Part shown: positions 59,971 through 64,000 of the stretch, in pieces
Layout of the letters: each line of letters starts with the position of its first letter
How positions within the stretch are numbered: position 1 is the stretch's first letter
Program-made: the position numbers and the translations under genes
The notes under the pieces: model-generated
The model's database searches: none
Told to the model about the DNA's origin: nothing
The model's input: only the letters and a program-made list of their open reading frames with translations
NCBI GenBank assembly: GCA_021582295.1
Contig: CP091137.1
Location: 148,970-212,969 of the forward strand
Origin: Candidatus Thiovulum stygium
GTDB lineage: Bacteria; Campylobacterota; Campylobacteria; Campylobacterales; Thiovulaceae
Direction of reading: 5' to 3'
DNA: 64,000 bases

Positions 59971-61659
59971 ATGATGAAATCTCTTTGGTCTGGAGTTTCA
60001 GGACTTCAGGCTCATCAAGTTGCAATGGATGTCGAAGGCAATAACATTGCCAATGTTAATACAGTAGGTTTTAAATATTCTCGAGCAAATTTTGCTGATA
60101 TGTTAGCTCAAACTTCAAAAATAGCTTCAGCACCAGAAGGTGGACTTGGCGGAACAAATGCCGTTCAAGTTGGTCTCGGTTCAACAGCTTCAACTGTTTC
60201 AAAAATATTTTCTCAAGGTTCGCTAGAAAAAACTGATAAAAGTACAGATGTGGCACTTTCTGGAGATGGTTTTTTTACTGTTAGTTCAGATGGTGGTAGA
60301 AGTTATAAATTTACTAGATCAGGCGACTTTAAATTTGATGCAAATGGCATGTTTGTTGATGGTAATGGTTATATGGTTCAAGGTTGGAATTATGATTCAG
60401 CACTTGGTCGAGTTAATACAGCTTCAATTGTTGGAGATATAAAAATAGATTCTTCTTTAACAATGCCTGCAAAATCAACCTCATCAATAAAAGTAAAAGC
60501 AAATTTAAATTCTGGTGATACTAATGAAATTACAACTCCAACTTATGCTTTAACTGCAACTGGAGCTTTTGCAACAACAAATGGCGATGAAAAAGCTGAA
60601 GATTTAGCTCAATTATTTAATGAAAATGGGGAAAAATTAGGCTTAAAAACTGGCGATAGTTTTTCGATTTCTGTTAATGGTGCAACTGCTACTGAATTAG
60701 TTTATGGCAAAGATTTTACAACAACAGCACAATTACGAACAGTTCTTGCAAATAGAACAGGAGCTCAAGTAACTTTAAATGAATTCGGCAAATTCGAAGT
60801 TAAAAATTTAGGCACAAATCCATTGTCGATTACTATAAAAGATGGAAAACAAAATAACGAACTTTTTACAAATATGCTTATGCCTTTAAATACAAAATCG
60901 CTTCAACAAAATAGTTCAAGTTATTCTCAAGGTGTTTCAGCAGCAACTCATGGAACAAGTATCGATATTCTTGATTCTTTAGGTTCAAAACATACTGTAA
61001 AATTTGATTTTAGAAAAGCTGAAGGCAATAAATGGAATATGGTCGTATCTGTTCCAAGTCCTGCTTCTATCGAAGGAACAGCTCCAAAAACAAATGTAAT
61101 TCTTGGTGGAAATGTAACTTTTAATAGTGATGGTTCTCTTGCTAGTGTAAATCCTTCGACTATTAAATTTACTGGAAATAATGGCTCTTCAGCTAATCAA
61201 ATTGTTCAACTTGATATGGGAACAATTGGTGGCTTCGGAGGTATAACATCTTTTGATCAAGAGACAAAAACAGCGGGAATTTCTCAAGATGGTTTTGGTT
61301 CAGGTGATCTCGTTAATGTTCTTGTTGATCAATCTGGAACTGTTTCTGGAACTTTCTCAAATGGAAAATCTATCGGTTTGGCAAAATTGGCAATCGCAAG
61401 ATTTACAAATAATGAAGGTTTAATGAACGAAGGAGGAAATATTTATACTCAATCAGCAAACTCTGGTTCTGCAATGATTGGTGAAGCTGGTGCTGGTGGT
61501 CGAGGAGCAGTTCAAGCTTCATATCTTGAAATGAGTAATGTCGATTTAAGTCGAAGTCTTACAAAATTAATAGTTATTCAAAGAGGGTATCAATCTAATT
61601 CAAAAACTATTACTACAGCTGATCAAATGTTAAATACACTTTTACAACTTAAAAATTAA
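59971..61659 (+). CDS. flgE: Flagellar hook protein FlgE
   Basis: N-terminal MMKSLWSGVSGLQAHQVAMDVEGNNIANVNTVGFK and C-terminal LEMSNVDLSRSLTKLIVIQRGYQSNSKTITTADQML. Confidence 0.95.
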   Translation: MMKSLWSGVSGLQAHQVAMDVEGNNIANVNTVGFKYSRANFADMLAQTSKIASAPEGGLGGTNAVQVGLGSTASTVSKIFSQGSLEKTDKSTDVALSGDGFFTVSSDGGRSYKFTRSGDFKFDANGMFVDGNGYMVQGWNYDSALGRVNTASIVGDIKIDSSLTMPAKSTSSIKVKANLNSGDTNEITTPTYALTATGAFATTNGDEKAEDLAQLFNENGEKLGLKTGDSFSISVNGATATELVYGKDFTTTAQLRTVLANRTGAQVTLNEFGKFEVKNLGTNPLSITIKDGKQNNELFTNMLMPLNTKSLQQNSSSYSQGVSAATHGTSIDILDSLGSKHTVKFDFRKAEGNKWNMVVSVPSPASIEGTAPKTNVILGGNVTFNSDGSLASVNPSTIKFTGNNGSSANQIVQLDMGTIGGFGGITSFDQETKTAGISQDGFGSGDLVNVLVDQSGTVSGTFSNGKSIGLAKLAIARFTNNEGLMNEGGNIYTQSANSGSAMIGEAGAGGRGAVQASYLEMSNVDLSRSLTKLIVIQRGYQSNSKTITTADQMLNTLLQLKN

Positions 61660-61684
61660 TTTATTATAAATTTAGGTATATATT

Positions 61685-62188
61685 TTGAATAACGAAATAG
61701 ATGCACTTAGAGCTGAATTTGATAAATTCGTAGTTGAAAAATGTTCAATTAATGAAAAAGATCGTCGAGAAAAAGATGAAGAAAATGAGATTCCAAAAGA
61801 TGAATTGCCACTTTTTTCTGATGAATTGGCTCGTCGTCTTTTAACTCCGCAAATCGCTGGAGCAAATATTTCTCGAATTGATTTAAAAATGATTAGTGAT
61901 GAAACTGGCGATAATGTCGCAGTCTCAAATCGTAATAGAATGCTAAAAGCGATTTTGCGACACAAACGAAATCGAGAAGAGATTGAACCTATATTTAAAA
62001 GTATAGATTCTCGTTTAAATGGTCGAATTTTATTATATCGTGAAATTATTGAAGCTTATCCTAAAAGTACAAATATATTTTTAAATTATATTAATAAAAT
62101 TGAAAATCTACAAAGTTTTATGCAAACAACTTTAATTAATTTCGCGGAAATAGATTCAGATTCTCCACCTATCTCTTTTGATTCTTAA
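61685..62188 (+). CDS. Hypothetical protein (167 aa)
   Basis: ORF track, TTG start. Chosen over the antisense 61672-61965 shadow ORF because it is longer and is co-oriented with its neighbours. Confidence 0.5.
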   Translation: MNNEIDALRAEFDKFVVEKCSINEKDRREKDEENEIPKDELPLFSDELARRLLTPQIAGANISRIDLKMISDETGDNVAVSNRNRMLKAILRHKRNREEIEPIFKSIDSRLNGRILLYREIIEAYPKSTNIFLNYINKIENLQSFMQTTLINFAEIDSDSPPISFDS

Positions 62189-62223
62189 CTAGTAACTAGT
62201 AATTAAAAAGGAAATTTAAAATA

Positions 62224-62850
62224 TTGAATAATATATTATTAACAAGAGCTAATTTTTATAGCTTTTTATCAAGACTATTGTTATTTGAACTCGATTTAAA
62301 AACTTTAAAAGAGCTCCGAGAAAATAAAAATATATTTGAACTTTTTCCAAATTTGCAAACTTGGGATTCTTGGCAAAATTTGTCAGATAATGAACTTTTA
62401 AATTCTCATATAAATCCTGATTTTACAAATATATCTATACTTCATCTTGTTCCATATGAGAGTTTTTATACTCGTGAAGATGCAATGATTGAAAGTGGTG
62501 GAGCAAATCTCGTAACAAATTTTTATCACGAATTTGGTTTTAAAGTTGAATTCAATGAAGCTAGAGTTGTTGCACCAGATCATATTGGAATTGAATTAGC
62601 TTTTATGAGTTTATTAATTAATGGCGAAAACAATGCATTAATTAATAATGATATTAAAACAGCTGAAAAAATCTTAAATACTCAAAAGCAATTTATGGAA
62701 ACTCATCTCATAAATTGGATTTCGCTTTATCTAATTAATTTTAAATTTGAGGCTCGAACACCACTCTATTATGATTTAGGCGAAACAGCTCTCGCATTTA
62801 TTTTTGAAGATTATAATTATATAAATATAATTATAGATGGCAAAAATTGA
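62224..62850 (+). CDS. TorD/DmsD-family redox-enzyme maturation chaperone
   Basis: APDHIGIELAFMSLL is a typical TorD-family motif (E/PDH...EL.FM). 208 aa. Confidence 0.65.
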   Translation: MNNILLTRANFYSFLSRLLLFELDLKTLKELRENKNIFELFPNLQTWDSWQNLSDNELLNSHINPDFTNISILHLVPYESFYTREDAMIESGGANLVTNFYHEFGFKVEFNEARVVAPDHIGIELAFMSLLINGENNALINNDIKTAEKILNTQKQFMETHLINWISLYLINFKFEARTPLYYDLGETALAFIFEDYNYINIIIDGKN

Positions 62851-63879
62851 AATTGAATCGCATTTATGCACAGTTTCGTTGTCGAAATTATCAAGTTGTA
62901 ATAATTGTATAACTAGTTGCCCAACAGAAGCTATATTTAAACTTGAAAATGGTTTAATAAATATTTCTGAACGAAATTGTGTTGAATGCGGAGTATGTTC
63001 AGCATTTTGTCCAACAGAAGCTATAAAATTAATAAAATTCTCACCAATTGATAAAATATTTGAATTAATTAAAAGTCAAAATATAGTTCTTGATTGCAAA
63101 AATGGAGGAATTCCATGTTTAGCATCTTTTTCAATTGAATATTTAGTTTCTTTGATAATTTTAAAAAAAGTGATATTTTTGCAAATTACAGCTATTGTTC
63201 TAGTTGTTATATTTTTCCGAAAGTTGGAAAATATATATCTTTAATTATTGATGAGGTCAATTTTTTATTACAAGCTTTGAATTTACCTCATCAAATTAAA
63301 TTAATTAACCAAAATATAAATCATATTGAAGAAAAAAATAGTTTTGATAAATCGAGACGATTTTTTGATGGCAATATTTTTGATATTAAAAGTGGTGAAG
63401 TTCGTGAATTAAATTATAAATCAATGCGAAATAAAAATATTCCAGCTCATCGAAAGCTTTTTTTAATGGCTATTAAAAAATTAGAAGTTTCTAAGCATAT
63501 TTTATTATCCAATGATATTTCTACTTTTTCTCAAAAAGCTATCGATTCAAGTTGTATTGGTTGTCAATTATGTTGGAGAATATGCCCCAGTGGAGCTTTA
63601 TTTAGTAATAATATTGGTAGTTTTATAGATTTTGATAGCGGTTTATGTTTAAAATGTGGTTTATGTCATGATGTTTGTGAAAATAAATCTATTTATATAA
63701 AAGATGAATTTAGTATTCTAAAACTCTTTGAGAATCGCACTGATAGATTAATTAGTTTAAATATGTCTCGATGTGATGAATGTAGTTCTCTATTTGTAAA
63801 AAAAGCTGACAATCTAAATAATTTATGTAATAGATGTGAAATTGAAGAAAATGAGGCTTTAAGTTTGTGGAACTTATAA
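62837..63879 (+). pseudogene. 4Fe-4S dicluster ferredoxin-domain protein split by a -1 frameshift in an A7 run
   Basis: CNNCITSCP/CVECGVCSAFCP in the first ORF and CIGCQLCWRICP/CLKCGLCHDVCE in the second. The frame of the second ORF is open back to about 63170. Adding one A to A7 63163-63169 joins them (...IILKKSDIFANYSYCSSCY...LNLPHQIK...). Confidence 0.65.
63250..63292. repeat. Inverted pair of the over-represented octamer (TTGATGAGGT ... ACCTCATCAA)
   Basis: 10-bp perfect inverted repeat arms at 63248-63257 and 63285-63294, with a 27-nt spacer. Confidence 0.85.
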
Positions 63880-64000
63880 TAATATATTATTATAAGTTAA
63901 ATGAAAAATATATTATTATAAGTTAAATGAAAAATATATATAATTTATGGCAAAATATCAAAAATTTTAATCAAAAAGAGGAGACAAATTTGTTTTTTAA

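Noticed and set aside
61672-61965. 97-aa minus-strand ORF overlapping the 61685-62188 ORF
   Set aside because: It is fully contained antisense to a longer ORF that is co-oriented with flgE and the downstream operon. Its product is Ser/Phe-rich low complexity, typical of an antisense shadow.
1056-63292. Reading the over-represented octamer as a Chi- or KOPS-type polar motif, or as a by-product of a common DEV peptide
   Set aside because: Orientation is 15:14 with no positional switch in the window, unlike polar motifs. The word occurs in at least four coding frames and in intergenic DNA. DEV is also found encoded as gatgaagt (for example 19425, 30487, 46090), so a peptide requirement does not explain it.
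1-64000. tRNA, rRNA, tmRNA or other canonical structured RNA genes
   Set aside because: I checked the few GC-rich patches (12.19, 28.27, 30.82, 36.49 and 42.3 kb). None shows a T-arm GTTCRANYC box or a cloverleaf arrangement. Only the domain-V-like hairpin at 30.8 kb is reported.

Overview
AT-rich (roughly 70% A+T by eye) chromosomal window whose gene content is typical of Campylobacterota (epsilonproteobacteria). Housekeeping genes: gatB, hemJ-like, nadB, nadA, folD, two tandem lepB paralogs, ftsH, a MOMP-type porin, dnaJ, murA, thiS, rsmE, hom, a glnD-like gene, flgE, ComEC and a prepilin-type pseudopilin. Five accessory segments sit between them. (i) 1-9.8 kb: a minus-strand operon of giant secreted proteins and lipoproteins, with an 837-bp internal tandem duplication. 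(ii) 27.4-29.2 kb: a TraL-like ATPase module containing a C8/G9 inverted homopolymer pair. (iii) A sensor diguanylate cyclase gene interrupted by about 226 bp that carries a group II intron domain-V-like hairpin in antisense. (iv) 36.5-42.3 kb: a defence-type island with a kinase-DUF1566 fusion, MazEF with a duplicated promoter element, and an intact type IIG RM enzyme. (v) 48.3-56.0 kb: a second island with a repeat-laden Rep-like ORF, a fragmented type IIG RM paralog, 183-bp tandem repeats and a PD-(D/E)xK cassette. Two signals run across the whole window. First, the octamer GATGAGGT/ACCTCATC occurs at least 29 times where about one is expected, on both strands equally and in several reading frames; this is a candidate DNA-uptake-type genomic word. 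Second, at least eight gene disruptions are each repaired by adding one base to an A/T homopolymer. That pattern suggests systematic homopolymer under-calling in the assembly rather than true pseudogenes. I found no rRNA, tRNA or CRISPR array.
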